Shown: positions 47,691 through 57,140 of the stretch, piece after piece
Position numbering within the stretch: the first letter of the stretch is position 1
Layout of the letters: every line of letters begins with the position of its first letter
Source: an uncultured Pseudomonadales bacterium
GTDB taxonomy: Bacteria; Patescibacteriota; Microgenomatia; UBA1400; PJMF01
DNA length: 64,000 nucleotides
Reading direction: 5' to 3'
NCBI GenBank assembly: GCA_964556485.1
Contig: CAZKVV010000001.1
Location: forward strand, 84,551 to 148,550
Made by a program: the position numbers and the translations under genes
The notes under the pieces: model-generated
Databases searched by the model: none
What the model saw: only the letters and a program-made list of their open reading frames with translations
Told to the model about the DNA's origin: nothing

Positions 47691-47945
47691 TTAAGCCACT
47701 CTCGAATACCCAAACAGTAAATACATCAAAACGCCGGAGAGCACTAAAAACATGAGCAAAAATCCCAAATTGGATTTAAGGCTTTTGGTGGCTTTGTCTG
47801 GGTCAGATTTGTCTAAGCTAACAATAATAACCACTGCAATAACGCACCAAATGGCGCCTCTAAACACCACCGACCAGACGCTATTGACTGAAAAAACTGC
47901 TGTATAAATCTGTTCCAAAATTTCCATCCCTCCACTATGCATCAT
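47691..47945 (-). CDS. hypothetical small membrane protein (84 aa)
   Basis: Two predicted TM helices; low-confidence ORF. Confidence 0.3.
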   Translation of the reverse strand: MMHSGGMEILEQIYTAVFSVNSVWSVVFRGAIWCVIAVVIIVSLDKSDPDKATKSLKSNLGFLLMFLVLSGVLMYLLFGYSRVA

Positions 47946-48150
47946 TTATGTATAAAATGCAAGTTTGCGTCCGTTTAAGATTTTCACTTCTTGGCTGAAG
48001 TAGCCTATATAAATTGACATTTCACTCAAATAATGGTATAATGACAGTCTAGTAATGGAGCCCAGTGTGATTTTTCACACTTTTGTTTTTAAGCATGGCG
48101 CCATTTGATTTTTAACAGTGATTTTTTATTTCCCTTAAAGGAGGGACCTC

Positions 48151-48597
48151 ATGACTGATGCAATTATCTCTCAGTGTCCGGCCTGCGCCGCAACAAGCGG
48201 CCAGAAAGTTTGGTTTAATGGCCAAACCCATTGCTCATTTTGTGGAGTTGATTACACCCGATTGGGTGTAGTGCAAACTCCAGTCGTCGCCATCAAGCGG
48301 GCGGTATCCCGCAAAGAAGAGGACGAGAAATTTGGCGCAACCTCAATGTTTTTCGGTTGCGCAACTTTAGCGTTTCTCTGGTTTGTTGGCGCATTTATCA
48401 CAACGATTTTTTCATTTTTGATTGGTGGCATTTTCTTTGGCGCCAATGCAAATGTTGCGTTGGCGATTGGAACCTGCCTTCCCACGGTTGGCATGCTGCT
48501 GTTTTTGGTTGCCACCGTTTACGATGGCACAAAAAACAAAAAGCAGCAGACAGATGGCCAGGCCGTCGAATCTCCCGTCTTAACAGAACCGGAATAA
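48151..48597 (+). CDS. hypothetical membrane protein with N-terminal zinc-ribbon (CPACAA...CSFCG)
   Basis: AAAGGAGGGACCTC-ATG RBS context; Cx2C...Cx2C followed by three TM helices. Confidence 0.5.
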   Translation: MTDAIISQCPACAATSGQKVWFNGQTHCSFCGVDYTRLGVVQTPVVAIKRAVSRKEEDEKFGATSMFFGCATLAFLWFVGAFITTIFSFLIGGIFFGANANVALAIGTCLPTVGMLLFLVATVYDGTKNKKQQTDGQAVESPVLTEPE

Positions 48598-48610
48598 AAT
48601 AATCACTTAG

Positions 48611-48647
48611 GGGAACCTGTGTTTTCACACAGGTTCCCAAGATTTTT
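48611..48647 (+). terminator. intrinsic terminator (11-bp stem GGGAACCTGTG/CACAGGTTCCC + T-tract)
   Basis: Perfect inverted repeat followed by AAGATTTTT. Confidence 0.7.
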
Positions 48648-48721
48648 CATACTGAATTTTTTTCATTTCTTAAACTTCCTTTTCCCAACGCACTTTGTCT
48701 GGTACAATAGGTGTCTTGATT

Positions 48722-48804
48722 GCCGAGGTGGCGGAATGGTAGACGCGTGGGTCTCAAAAACCCATGGGGGCAACTTCATGAGGGTTCGACTCCCTCCCTC
48801 GGCA
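48722..48804 (+). tRNA. tRNA-Leu (anticodon CAA), long variable arm, no encoded 3' CCA
   Basis: Acceptor stem GCCGAGG/CCTCGGC, D-arm, anticodon stem TGGGT/ACCCA with loop CUCAAAA, long variable arm, T-arm GGTTCGACTCC. The sequence after discriminator A is CATAAG. Confidence 0.9.
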
Positions 48805-48890
48805 CATAAGAATTCTAAAATCAAATCGTGCAGTTATACTTCAACTTTTTTACACATCCATTACGCATAAATTATGCATCTATTTTTCCT

Positions 48891-48919
48891 TTGCCAAATC
48901 AATCCTTTTCTCATATAAT
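48891..48919 (+). promoter_or_regulatory. sigma70-like promoter (TTGCCA-17 nt-TATAAT) upstream of the 49048 gene
   Basis: Near-consensus hexamers with a 17-nt spacer. Confidence 0.45.
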
Positions 48920-49047
48920 GCCAAAAGCTTTTTTGCCAATTCGGGTTTCTGAAAAAGGCGAATCGCACATTAATTAACGTACCTTTTTGAGAAACAAAAA
49001 ATCCCTCAATCGTTTTTGCGCTGAGTCGCAAGAACAAGGAGAAATAG

Positions 49048-49686
49048 ATGAATGTAGCCCATTTGCACATAACGAAGTCAGGGCAACCGATTGTAAACAA
49101 TTGGTTCCCAGTTCAGCGTTTGAAGACGCCAGATGGAATTGTGTATGATGAAGTGGTACTAGGTCGGGCAGTGTGTGGAAGGTATCCACTTAGTGTCTGG
49201 CTAGATACAGAAGAACCGCCTACCGTTAGGCGACCACTGCGCCGTTTCATGACGCGTGGAGTTGAAAGCGTCAAACCTACTTTTAAAGGCACTCGAATGT
49301 ATTTAAAAGCACCTGATGCCATAGTTTCCGAAGACATTCTTTTTCGGGATGGCGATTTTCTATTAGGCTTCGATACGCATTTTGGTTCAGTGGATAATGG
49401 TTTGCCTGGTAGATTTGTCATGCTTTCTGGAAACTCTTACCACCAAATGCTTGTCTTGCATCAGGCTTCGCATGATGCAGGTTTTGATGCAGGCTTTGTT
49501 GTAATTCGGCCAGGATTTTTGGCTCGAGCTCATACAGAATTTTTTGGGGAGCAGTGGAATTTGTTGTACCCAAGTCAAGAAGCTGGGCTGATTTTGACCC
49601 AGCGAAATGTGGGTGGACAGCATGCTGACATGCAAAACATGCATTCAGCAGCAAACTATGCAAGATATTCGCAACAAAGATTTTGA
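49048..49686 (+). CDS. hypothetical protein (212 aa)
   Basis: ORF with AAGGAG RBS, directly downstream of tRNA-Leu. No family recognised. Confidence 0.5.
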   Translation: MNVAHLHITKSGQPIVNNWFPVQRLKTPDGIVYDEVVLGRAVCGRYPLSVWLDTEEPPTVRRPLRRFMTRGVESVKPTFKGTRMYLKAPDAIVSEDILFRDGDFLLGFDTHFGSVDNGLPGRFVMLSGNSYHQMLVLHQASHDAGFDAGFVVIRPGFLARAHTEFFGEQWNLLYPSQEAGLILTQRNVGGQHADMQNMHSAANYARYSQQRF

Positions 49687-49725
49687 TTTTTTGTTCAAAA
49701 AAGTAAGTTAAAAAGTTCGGGCCCC

Positions 49726-50187
49726 TTAGGGGGCCCTATTTGTAACTAACCATACAATAACGCTAATGGTGATTACTTGAGGTAATAAGCCTAACAGTTT
49801 ATGGTGAGTTGAGTGGTGAAACAGACCATGAAACTCATTGAGTGGTTTTAAAAACGGTGGCTCCCACCTTAAAAAGTTCCTTGGTGCTTCCAGCAAGTCT
49901 GGCAGGATTCCAAGCAGAGCGCCTAGCCAGGCATGATACTGAATGCTGGTGTTTCCTTTTTGAAATAACACATATATCAAACCAAAGGTAACGACTAGTT
50001 CGCCAATTTCGAGCAAAATTGCAGTCGATCGTTTTCTTTTACCTGTCGAAAGGCCTGTACCAAAATCCCAGTGTGGCGTCCAATCTTGTAGGTAGTGAAA
50101 ACCAAGTGCTATTGGGGCATATACTAGGGGGTGGGGCAGGCTCGTAGCAACAAATGCGCCAGTTAAGGCATGTGGTATTGAAAGCAT
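49726..50187 (-). CDS. membrane-bound metal-dependent hydrolase-like protein (DUF457/YdjM-like)
   Basis: Multi-TM protein with His-rich motifs and GILPDLLE, resembling DUF457 signature regions. Confidence 0.4.
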   Translation of the reverse strand: MLSIPHALTGAFVATSLPHPLVYAPIALGFHYLQDWTPHWDFGTGLSTGKRKRSTAILLEIGELVVTFGLIYVLFQKGNTSIQYHAWLGALLGILPDLLEAPRNFLRWEPPFLKPLNEFHGLFHHSTHHKLLGLLPQVITISVIVWLVTNRAP

Positions 50188-50228
50188 ACTGGTATAATGC
50201 CATTATCCGGTGAGGACAGCAAGCAGCT

Positions 50229-51059
50229 ATGTTTCCAGAATTATTTGCAATCGGCTCATTCTCTTTTCGCACATTCATTCTTTTTTTGGTAGCTAGTTTC
50301 TTGCTAAGTGCCTTTGTCTTTTGGCGAAAGGGTAGAGAAGAACACTATCCGGAGGATCAACTTTTTGATGTGTTCTTATTATCCTTTTGCGTTGGTTCTG
50401 TCGCGTCTCGCATGGGCTATATTCTATTTCACTTAGAACAGTTTGCGTTTAATCCGCTTACTTGGTTGGATCTGTTTCGCAATGCTGGTTTTAACGGTCT
50501 GATAGGCATTGTTTTCGGTGGATTCTATGTCTATCGCATTGCAGACAAGAAGAAGTGGGATGCATTCGAAATTCTCGACTTTTGGACGATTTCACTTACG
50601 CTTGGTTTAGGTCTCATTTACTTGGGTCAGTTTTTTGATGGTTCAGGTGTTGGGTATCCAACATCGCTTCCGGTTGGCATTCAGTTTGACGGTTTGTTTG
50701 AGCCTGTCCATCCAGTGCAGCTCTACCAATCAGTGTTTTTCATAGGCCTTTCAGCGTACCTGTCTTGGGCGGAATTTCGTTATCGAAACTTCAGATGGTA
50801 TAGAGCAGGTAAGAAGTCGGCTCAAACAGGCTTTTTGGTTGCAATGGCACTGCTTACTAGCGGAATTTTTTCTTTCTTCATTTCATTTGTAAAACCACCA
50901 CTTATTGAAATAGTTGGGAGTAATATCGATCAATTGCTGTCGCTCTTTGTCGCTGCTATAGGCGGTATGGTCTTGTACCATCGCTCTGGCAGACCACTAC
51001 CGTTTACCAGAGAAAAGAAAAAGCAACAAAAGCGAGTAGAACGGCTCCGTGTCCAATAG
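50229..51059 (+). CDS. lgt: prolipoprotein diacylglyceryl transferase
   Basis: Multi-TM protein. SRMGYILFH and LGQFFDGSGVGYPTSLPVGIQF resemble the Lgt signature regions (GARLGYVLF..., GRLGNF.NGEL.G.PT.LPWG). Conserved lgt-lspA adjacency. Confidence 0.75.
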   Translation: MFPELFAIGSFSFRTFILFLVASFLLSAFVFWRKGREEHYPEDQLFDVFLLSFCVGSVASRMGYILFHLEQFAFNPLTWLDLFRNAGFNGLIGIVFGGFYVYRIADKKKWDAFEILDFWTISLTLGLGLIYLGQFFDGSGVGYPTSLPVGIQFDGLFEPVHPVQLYQSVFFIGLSAYLSWAEFRYRNFRWYRAGKKSAQTGFLVAMALLTSGIFSFFISFVKPPLIEIVGSNIDQLLSLFVAAIGGMVLYHRSGRPLPFTREKKKQQKRVERLRVQ

Positions 51060-51471
51060 AACTGTACTCATCACTATGTTGCTGGTGTTAGGCTTTGATC
51101 AATTCAGCAAAGATAGCGCTCATTTGTTTGGTTTTGCAACGAGTCTTAATACCGGAGTGTCTTTCTCACTTTTTTCTTCCGTTTCTGCCGAAGTCTTAAC
51201 CCTGGTTTTACTGCTGTGTATTTTTGGATTATGGTACAAATTGCAGTACTTTTGGCAGAAAAATCAGCTTGCAGCAGGCTTTTTTTTCGGTGGAGGTATC
51301 TCAAATATTCTTGATAGAGCGCTGTACGGCGGAGTAAGAGATTGGCTGCCAGTTCCAGGTGCATCAATTTCAAATAACCTTGCCGATTGGGCCATTGGGA
51401 TAGCTATTTTGCTGCTGCTGATTTCGACAGTACAAACAACACAAAAACACAAACATGCACGAAGTATTTAA
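51049..51471 (+). CDS. lspA: lipoprotein signal peptidase II
   Basis: FGGGISNILDRALYGGVRDWL matches the LspA C-region motif (GGA.GN..DR...G.V.D). Overlaps lgt by 11 nt. Confidence 0.75.
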   Translation: MSNRTVLITMLLVLGFDQFSKDSAHLFGFATSLNTGVSFSLFSSVSAEVLTLVLLLCIFGLWYKLQYFWQKNQLAAGFFFGGGISNILDRALYGGVRDWLPVPGASISNNLADWAIGIAILLLLISTVQTTQKHKHARSI

Positions 51472-52288
51472 TTTTGATCCAGAGGTTCTTTTTGAAGATG
51501 CAGACGTGCTTATTTTGCAAAAGCCGCCTGGTGTGGTGGTGAATCGCGCAGATACCATTGCTGTACCCACCATTCAAGACTGGTTGGATGTTCGTTTTAA
51601 AGGACTGGATTGGCCTGCAGATTGGGAACAACTGGTTCCTGCTGATTTTTTGCCAGAATATGGAACTCCTCAAGAAATTTTTGCCAGCAGATCTGGAATT
51701 GCACATCGGCTAGATAAAGACACCAGTGGTGTATTTATGTGTGCTAAGCACCCAGGTTCGTTGCTAGCGTTGCTCAAACAGTTTCGCGAGAGAACCATCA
51801 CCAAAACATATCGCACTTTGGTGCATGGACACTTTTCCCAGCTAGAAGGTGAAGTTACAGCTCCCATTGGTCGAAGTAGTACAAACAGAAAGCGTTTTGC
51901 GGTAGTTCCAGATGGCAGAACTGCACATACGTTTTATAAAGTAGAAAAATCATTTGCCAAGCTTGATTTAGCGCGCGTTTCGACTTCGGTTTTCGAGCAA
52001 TTACAACAGCGGTCAGACCTCTACCAGGGCTTTACTCTGGTAACGTGTTGGCCTAAGACCGGCAGAACCCACCAGATTAGAGTCCATATGGCTCATCTGC
52101 AACATCCATTGGTAGGTGATGTTCACTACGTTGGTAAAAAACGCGCCAAGCTTGATCCACTGTGGTGTCCACGACAGTTTTTACATGCTGCCAGCATCCA
52201 ATTTGTGCATCCCAGAACTGGCGAGCAGCTTTCTATAGAAGCACCCCTTACTTCCGATTTACAAACAGTACTAAGCTACTTAGAGTAA
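51455..52288 (+). CDS. RluA-family 23S rRNA pseudouridine synthase (RluD-like)
   Basis: HRLDKDTSGVFMCAKH catalytic motif. Conserved position after lspA. Confidence 0.85.
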   Translation: MHEVFNFDPEVLFEDADVLILQKPPGVVVNRADTIAVPTIQDWLDVRFKGLDWPADWEQLVPADFLPEYGTPQEIFASRSGIAHRLDKDTSGVFMCAKHPGSLLALLKQFRERTITKTYRTLVHGHFSQLEGEVTAPIGRSSTNRKRFAVVPDGRTAHTFYKVEKSFAKLDLARVSTSVFEQLQQRSDLYQGFTLVTCWPKTGRTHQIRVHMAHLQHPLVGDVHYVGKKRAKLDPLWCPRQFLHAASIQFVHPRTGEQLSIEAPLTSDLQTVLSYLE

Positions 52289-52292
52289 TAGC

Positions 52293-52901
52293 ATGAACAT
52301 TACTTTTCCCCAAGAACAACTAACCTTTATTGCCCCAGGATGGCAAAAGCTGCAAGATTTGACCTTTAAAATGGCCAAAGAAGTGCGAGATAGCGAACTG
52401 CAGTTTGATAGAGTAGTAACTCTGGCAAAAGGTGGCTGGCCAATGAGTCGCACGCTGGCCGATTTTTTGGAAATTTCTGAAGTGCAAAGCATGGGACTGA
52501 AATTTTACAAAGGTATCGATTCTCGTATGGCTAAACCAGTGATTTATCAAGATTTGCCTGTTGACGTGAGTGGCGAGAGCATTCTCCTTTTTGATGACGT
52601 GGCAGATACTGGCGAATCTCTAGCTTTTGCCATTGATTACCTCCTTGAGCGCGGCGCAGCTCTGATTACCACAGCATGTATCTACTACAAAAAGCGCTCT
52701 AGAGTGAAACCAAGCTTTTTTGCCACCCAAGTAGATGGCTGGATTGTTTTTCCGTACGAACTTCTCGAGACCTTACGCATTTTAGCGACAGGATGGCTTG
52801 CAGAAGGTGTCACCCCCGAGGAAGTTGTGCAGCGATTCATTCAGCTTAATTTCCCAGAACCACAAATTAGATACTTTCTTGAGGAAGTGATACTTACCTA
52901 A
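52293..52901 (+). CDS. type I phosphoribosyltransferase-family protein
   Basis: PRPP-binding motif ILLFDDVADTGESLA. Confidence 0.7.
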   Translation: MNITFPQEQLTFIAPGWQKLQDLTFKMAKEVRDSELQFDRVVTLAKGGWPMSRTLADFLEISEVQSMGLKFYKGIDSRMAKPVIYQDLPVDVSGESILLFDDVADTGESLAFAIDYLLERGAALITTACIYYKKRSRVKPSFFATQVDGWIVFPYELLETLRILATGWLAEGVTPEEVVQRFIQLNFPEPQIRYFLEEVILT

Positions 52902-52963
52902 TGTGCTTTTTTGCACTTGCAAACCTTTATTAAGCGGCTACAATAACTAGCTATAACAAATTG

Positions 52964-53031
52964 GCGAGGGCACCGTGCTTTCGCTCCCAAGTAACGATTT
53001 TTTGCACTGGGTTGCAAAAAGGGAAACCAAG
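52964..53031 (+). ncRNA. unclassified structured RNA-like motif, copy 1 (strand uncertain)
   Basis: The two copies are written identically on this strand. Hairpin GCGAGGG-loop-CTTTCGC; exact 19-mer GCTTTCGCTCCCAAGTAAC (52977-52995); 8-bp hairpin TTTTTGCA/TGCAAAAA; GGAAACCAAG. The second copy at 53242-53321 has different but still complementary stem sequences. Confidence 0.35.
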
Positions 53032-53241
53032 CTGAGCTGAAGCTATAAGGTGTTCTTTTTTTATTCCCAAAATAGATTCTCAAAAAATCATTACAAGACT
53101 TCGCATTATGCTATTTTGCCTAAATCGCAAATCAGCATCTGCACAAGTTAACAAAAGTAATTAAGTTATAAGATACTTGGGGAAATTGGTAGTTGCAATG
53201 TTGTCTTATATATATTATTATAAGACTATATAAATGGAATT

Positions 53242-53321
53242 GCGAAAGGCACTAGGTCAGCTTTCGCTCCCAAGTAACACACATCCGCTTTTTACTCAGA
53301 AGAAAGCGGATTGAAACCAAG
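53242..53321 (+). ncRNA. unclassified structured RNA-like motif, copy 2 (strand uncertain)
   Basis: Hairpin GCGAAAG-loop-CTTTCGC; the same exact 19-mer (53260-53278); 9-bp hairpin ATCCGCTTT/AAAGCGGAT; GAAACCAAG. Lies about 65 nt upstream of the 53386 start. Confidence 0.35.
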
Positions 53322-53385
53322 TAGAGCAATAGTTGAGAAAGGTGCCTGTTTTTGTACCTCAGCCTCAACAGAAAGTACAAAAGCT

Positions 53386-54390
53386 ATGTCACAAACAGCA
53401 GAAATTGTTAAAAAAAATAGTTCGCACAATCTTTCGCTTTCTTCAGTTGATGTGCCCCATCTATTGGCACCGCTCCCCAGAAATGCAGAAAATATTTATC
53501 ATAGTGCTGCGATGTCTCAGCGTTGGGATCTCATTGCACGTCATATGCCTGGTGCAAAAGGTGAAGTATTACGCAACACCCTCGAAGGGGCGAATGCAGC
53601 AGAGGATTACCTCGCAATTTCCAGAACAATTGGCTTTTTGTATGAAGCCATTGGGCATGATATTACAGATGTAGGTTACCTTCGAGATACTTTGTACGAA
53701 AATAGATCACGCTTTTTCCCTCAATCACTCCAAAACCTCGAACATTTTGCACCAGAACAGGTTTCTAAGTCTCATGAAGGCAGAAATCCATTACTACACA
53801 CCTGTGACGACTTAGCTCAATATGCGGTTGATGTAGCGCAAACCCCTGAAAAATCCAGACAAAGCGACTCAATGATTTTTATCGAAGTTGCCGCAATACT
53901 GTTGCACGACTACGGAAAATTATTTGATCCTAAAGATCCTTCACATGGGAGCGGTTCAGTCCGTTGGAGTGAGAAGTGGGTTGCTGGGTTGGCTGAAACC
54001 TTTCCAGATAAGACTATTGACAAAGATATTCTGACGTATCAACTAAACTTTCTAATGAAATTTCATGATTTACCAGGTAATATCGACTTGGGCAACTTAG
54101 ATATTGAAGGGGCAGTGAGAGTCATGCTTGATGAAGGCTATATTCCAAGCAACCAGTTGCTTTTGTCTCTAGAGCGTGTGCAAGAAGCAGATATGTTGGG
54201 TACTCCTGGCATGCCAAGAGAGTTTAGACAAAAAAATAGGCAAATTTTGCGTCAACTTCGACAGACAATAGAAAATATAAAAATTGAATATGGTGTAGCC
54301 GATTCAATTGTTCCCACAGAGCAACTTATCTCGACTGATAAGGATTTAGTAACTGAGTTTTTTGCCATGATTAGTAGAGCAGAGGTGTAA
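53386..54390 (+). CDS. hypothetical protein with an HD-domain-like motif (ILLHDYGK)
   Basis: Start taken at MSQTAEIVKK (53386), downstream of the RNA motif; the ORF track started at 53311. No further family assignment. Confidence 0.5.
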   Translation: MSQTAEIVKKNSSHNLSLSSVDVPHLLAPLPRNAENIYHSAAMSQRWDLIARHMPGAKGEVLRNTLEGANAAEDYLAISRTIGFLYEAIGHDITDVGYLRDTLYENRSRFFPQSLQNLEHFAPEQVSKSHEGRNPLLHTCDDLAQYAVDVAQTPEKSRQSDSMIFIEVAAILLHDYGKLFDPKDPSHGSGSVRWSEKWVAGLAETFPDKTIDKDILTYQLNFLMKFHDLPGNIDLGNLDIEGAVRVMLDEGYIPSNQLLLSLERVQEADMLGTPGMPREFRQKNRQILRQLRQTIENIKIEYGVADSIVPTEQLISTDKDLVTEFFAMISRAEV

Positions 54391-54509
54391 CGTCACTCGT
54401 TTTATTGTTTGCATGATATACTTTCGCTATGGAAATTCAGTCTGAATCAACATTTTTTTACAAAGGCCAACATGATTAAGTCGGCTCTTTTGTTTATGGT
54501 TTCTTTTTC

Positions 54510-54536
54510 AACACTTTAACGTAGTGTTATTTTTTT
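54510..54536 (+). terminator. intrinsic terminator (AACACT-TTAACGT-AGTGTT + T7)
   Basis: 6-bp stem followed by ATTTTTTT. Confidence 0.5.
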
Positions 54537-54613
54537 GCATTTCCCCTGTGGTAGAGTAGGGGTAGTTGTGTTTTTGCGGTACGAAGTAAAGTAACAAATC
54601 CAAGAAAGAAATC

Positions 54614-55927
54614 ATGAAAGACAGTATTTTTTCACTCATCAAAAAAGAAGAGAAACGCCAAAAAGAAATGATTGGCCTCATTCCATCCGAAAACGCGGTG
54701 TCGCCAGAGGTGTCTGCGGTGTTGTCGAGCTGCTTGTCAAACAAGTATGCAGAAGGGTATCCAGGCAGAAGATACTACGAAGGCAACCAAATTGTCGATC
54801 AAGTCGAAATTGAGGCTCAGGAGCGGGTTAAAAAGCTATTTGGCGTGCCATACGTTAATGTTCAGCCATATTCTGGTTCGCCAGCAAACTTAGCTATTTA
54901 TTTTGCCCTGATGAAGCCGGGAGAAACCTTGATGGGACTGAAGTTGGCAAATGGGGGACACCTTACACATGGCCATCCGGATGTAACGGCTTCGGGAACT
55001 TTTTACAAAACAGTCCAGTATGGGGTGAAAGCAGATGCTCGTATTGATTTTGATGAAGTCAGAGCGTTGGCAAAAAAACACAAACCTAAGGTGATCGTGG
55101 CGGGTAATACGGCATATCCTTTCGAGCTAGATTTTAAAACATTTAGGAAAATTGCGGATGAAGTGGGCGCATTTTTGATTGCTGATATTTCGCATGTGAC
55201 AGGTCTGATTGTTGCTGGCGAACATGTGTCACCGGTGCCATATGCAGATGTGGTGATGACTACGACACATAAAACCTTCCGAGGTCCACGTGGTGCCATG
55301 ATCATGGTTACTCCAAGAGGTATGGAAAAAGACCCAAAAATGGGTAAAAAGATTGATGCTGCCATTATTCCAGGACTTCAAGGTGGTCCACACAATGCAA
55401 CCACTGCTGGTATTGCAATTGCTGCTGCAGAGGCGATGCGGCCTGAATTTACTGCGTATGCCAAGCAGATAAAGCTCAATGCGATGGCATTGGCAAATAG
55501 ATTAATGAAAAATGGGTTGCAGTTGGTAGGCGGTGGCACAGAGACTCACTTGATGGTTATTGATTTAACTAACAAGGGGATTGGACTGGGAACACAGGTA
55601 TCTTTTGCCATGGATGTTGCTGGTATCTACGCTAATCGAAACACTGTTCCGGGTGAGCAAGGTTCGCCATTTTTTCCAAGTGGCATTCGCATTGGTACGC
55701 CGCTCGTTACCACTCGCGGCATGAAACAAGCCGAAATGGTCAAAATTGCAGACTGGATTACTCGAGTAGTTGATTGCACGGTAGCTACACAACTGCCACA
55801 AGAAGTTAAAGCTCGAAGCGAATTTTTGACAACCTTCAGAAAAAATGCCCTCAAAGACCCAACCCTGTTGGCAATTCGCGCAGAGGTGACTACCATGGCC
55901 AAGACTTTTCCGTTGTTTAGTTGGTAA
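54614..55927 (+). CDS. glyA: serine hydroxymethyltransferase
   Basis: Near-canonical SHMT N-terminus (IGLIPSENAVSPEV...YAEGYPGRRYYEG) and PLP lysine region TTTHKTFRGPRG. Confidence 0.95.
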   Translation: MKDSIFSLIKKEEKRQKEMIGLIPSENAVSPEVSAVLSSCLSNKYAEGYPGRRYYEGNQIVDQVEIEAQERVKKLFGVPYVNVQPYSGSPANLAIYFALMKPGETLMGLKLANGGHLTHGHPDVTASGTFYKTVQYGVKADARIDFDEVRALAKKHKPKVIVAGNTAYPFELDFKTFRKIADEVGAFLIADISHVTGLIVAGEHVSPVPYADVVMTTTHKTFRGPRGAMIMVTPRGMEKDPKMGKKIDAAIIPGLQGGPHNATTAGIAIAAAEAMRPEFTAYAKQIKLNAMALANRLMKNGLQLVGGGTETHLMVIDLTNKGIGLGTQVSFAMDVAGIYANRNTVPGEQGSPFFPSGIRIGTPLVTTRGMKQAEMVKIADWITRVVDCTVATQLPQEVKARSEFLTTFRKNALKDPTLLAIRAEVTTMAKTFPLFSW

Positions 55928-55929
55928 TG

Positions 55930-56655
55930 TTACGCTAGTGTGCCACTTTTTTGCGCTTTTTTCTTCGCGTGGATTTCGAACAAACCTTTAGGTTGGTTGA
56001 TATTGAATTTCTCTAGCTGATAGCCATCTTTGAAATAGGTAAGAACAAATCCGTGATTAGTGAGCAATTCGGAAAGTTTTACCATGCTTTGATTTTTAGT
56101 TGAATGGTACTCAATGTGGATCTGGTCAATGAAGTGGAGAACGTTTGGGCAGGATTCAAGGACAAGTTGTTCGGCACCTTCGATATCTAGTTTTAGCAGG
56201 TCCACTTGAGTGGTTACGATGTCAGATAGCGGAATGGTTGGAACCAGGATTTCGGTTGATTTTTGTTGTTTGGTCCAGGCACCGTTGATAAAACTGCCGG
56301 TGGACCACCATTGGTTGGCTGTTTCATCAATGTAAAAGGGGAGCTTGTCTTTGGTTGCGGCAAGAGCTGCATTGATACAGATTATATCTTGTAGTTGGTT
56401 TTCAAAAATGTTTTGTTCTAGCAATGCAAACAGATACGGGTTTGGTTCGACTGCGGTAATAGTTGCCAAAGGGTACTGTGTCTTGAAGTACAGCGTTGCT
56501 AGCCCAATGTGCGCACCCGCATCAATGATGGTTGGGTTGGGACTAGTTGTCTCAAAGTAATAAGTGTTGTGCGAAAAAATTTCTCGCTTGAGGTGGTGGT
56601 ACTCTTCGGAGTTATGAAAGTGAACGGTAAAGTTTTGCAATTTTGCGTTTGGCAT
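55930..56655 (-). CDS. FkbM-family SAM-dependent methyltransferase
   Basis: IIDAGAHIGLATLYF (FkbM/SAM-binding) and downstream conserved blocks. Start taken at MPNAKLQNF (56655). Confidence 0.7.
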   Translation of the reverse strand: MPNAKLQNFTVHFHNSEEYHHLKREIFSHNTYYFETTSPNPTIIDAGAHIGLATLYFKTQYPLATITAVEPNPYLFALLEQNIFENQLQDIICINAALAATKDKLPFYIDETANQWWSTGSFINGAWTKQQKSTEILVPTIPLSDIVTTQVDLLKLDIEGAEQLVLESCPNVLHFIDQIHIEYHSTKNQSMVKLSELLTNHGFVLTYFKDGYQLEKFNINQPKGLFEIHAKKKAQKSGTLA

Positions 56656-56731
56656 AGGGGTATTGTACCTTACAGAAAAAAGCAGGGGGAACGGCATAAA
56701 AAACCCATCCGTGAGGATGGGTTAGTTGCAT

Positions 56732-56956
56732 TTATAAATCATAGGCTGCCAGCACTACATAAACTACTAGAACGATGGAGCCCGCTACTCCTGTCACCAG
56801 TGTAGCAATTGCTGCTACACCGACAATGTAGATAAAAGCTTTGTCAAAGCCTTTATCTAACATAAGGAAAAGAATTATTGCTACCAGAGCCCACGTAATT
56901 CCAGCTGCTTTTGCAGCAGCAAGAAGTGAAATGAGCACGAGAATGAAAGTCAACAT
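56732..56956 (-). CDS. hypothetical small membrane protein (74 aa)
   Basis: Two TM helices, Ala/Val/Ile-rich; low confidence. Confidence 0.3.
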   Translation of the reverse strand: MLTFILVLISLLAAAKAAGITWALVAIILFLMLDKGFDKAFIYIVGVAAIATLVTGVAGSIVLVVYVVLAAYDL

Positions 56957-57140
56957 TTTGCCTCCATTATCTGTATCTGTGGAAAATTTTGAAATTTTGA
57001 TTTATAAATTGTTAAACAACACGACAATTATAGCATGATTTAGCCTGAAAATCAAGTTATAGGCTTAAAACATCGCTTTGGGTGCATGAGAGCGATGTGG
57101 TACTCTATATCCCAATACCAGAGATACAAAGGTGAAAAGT

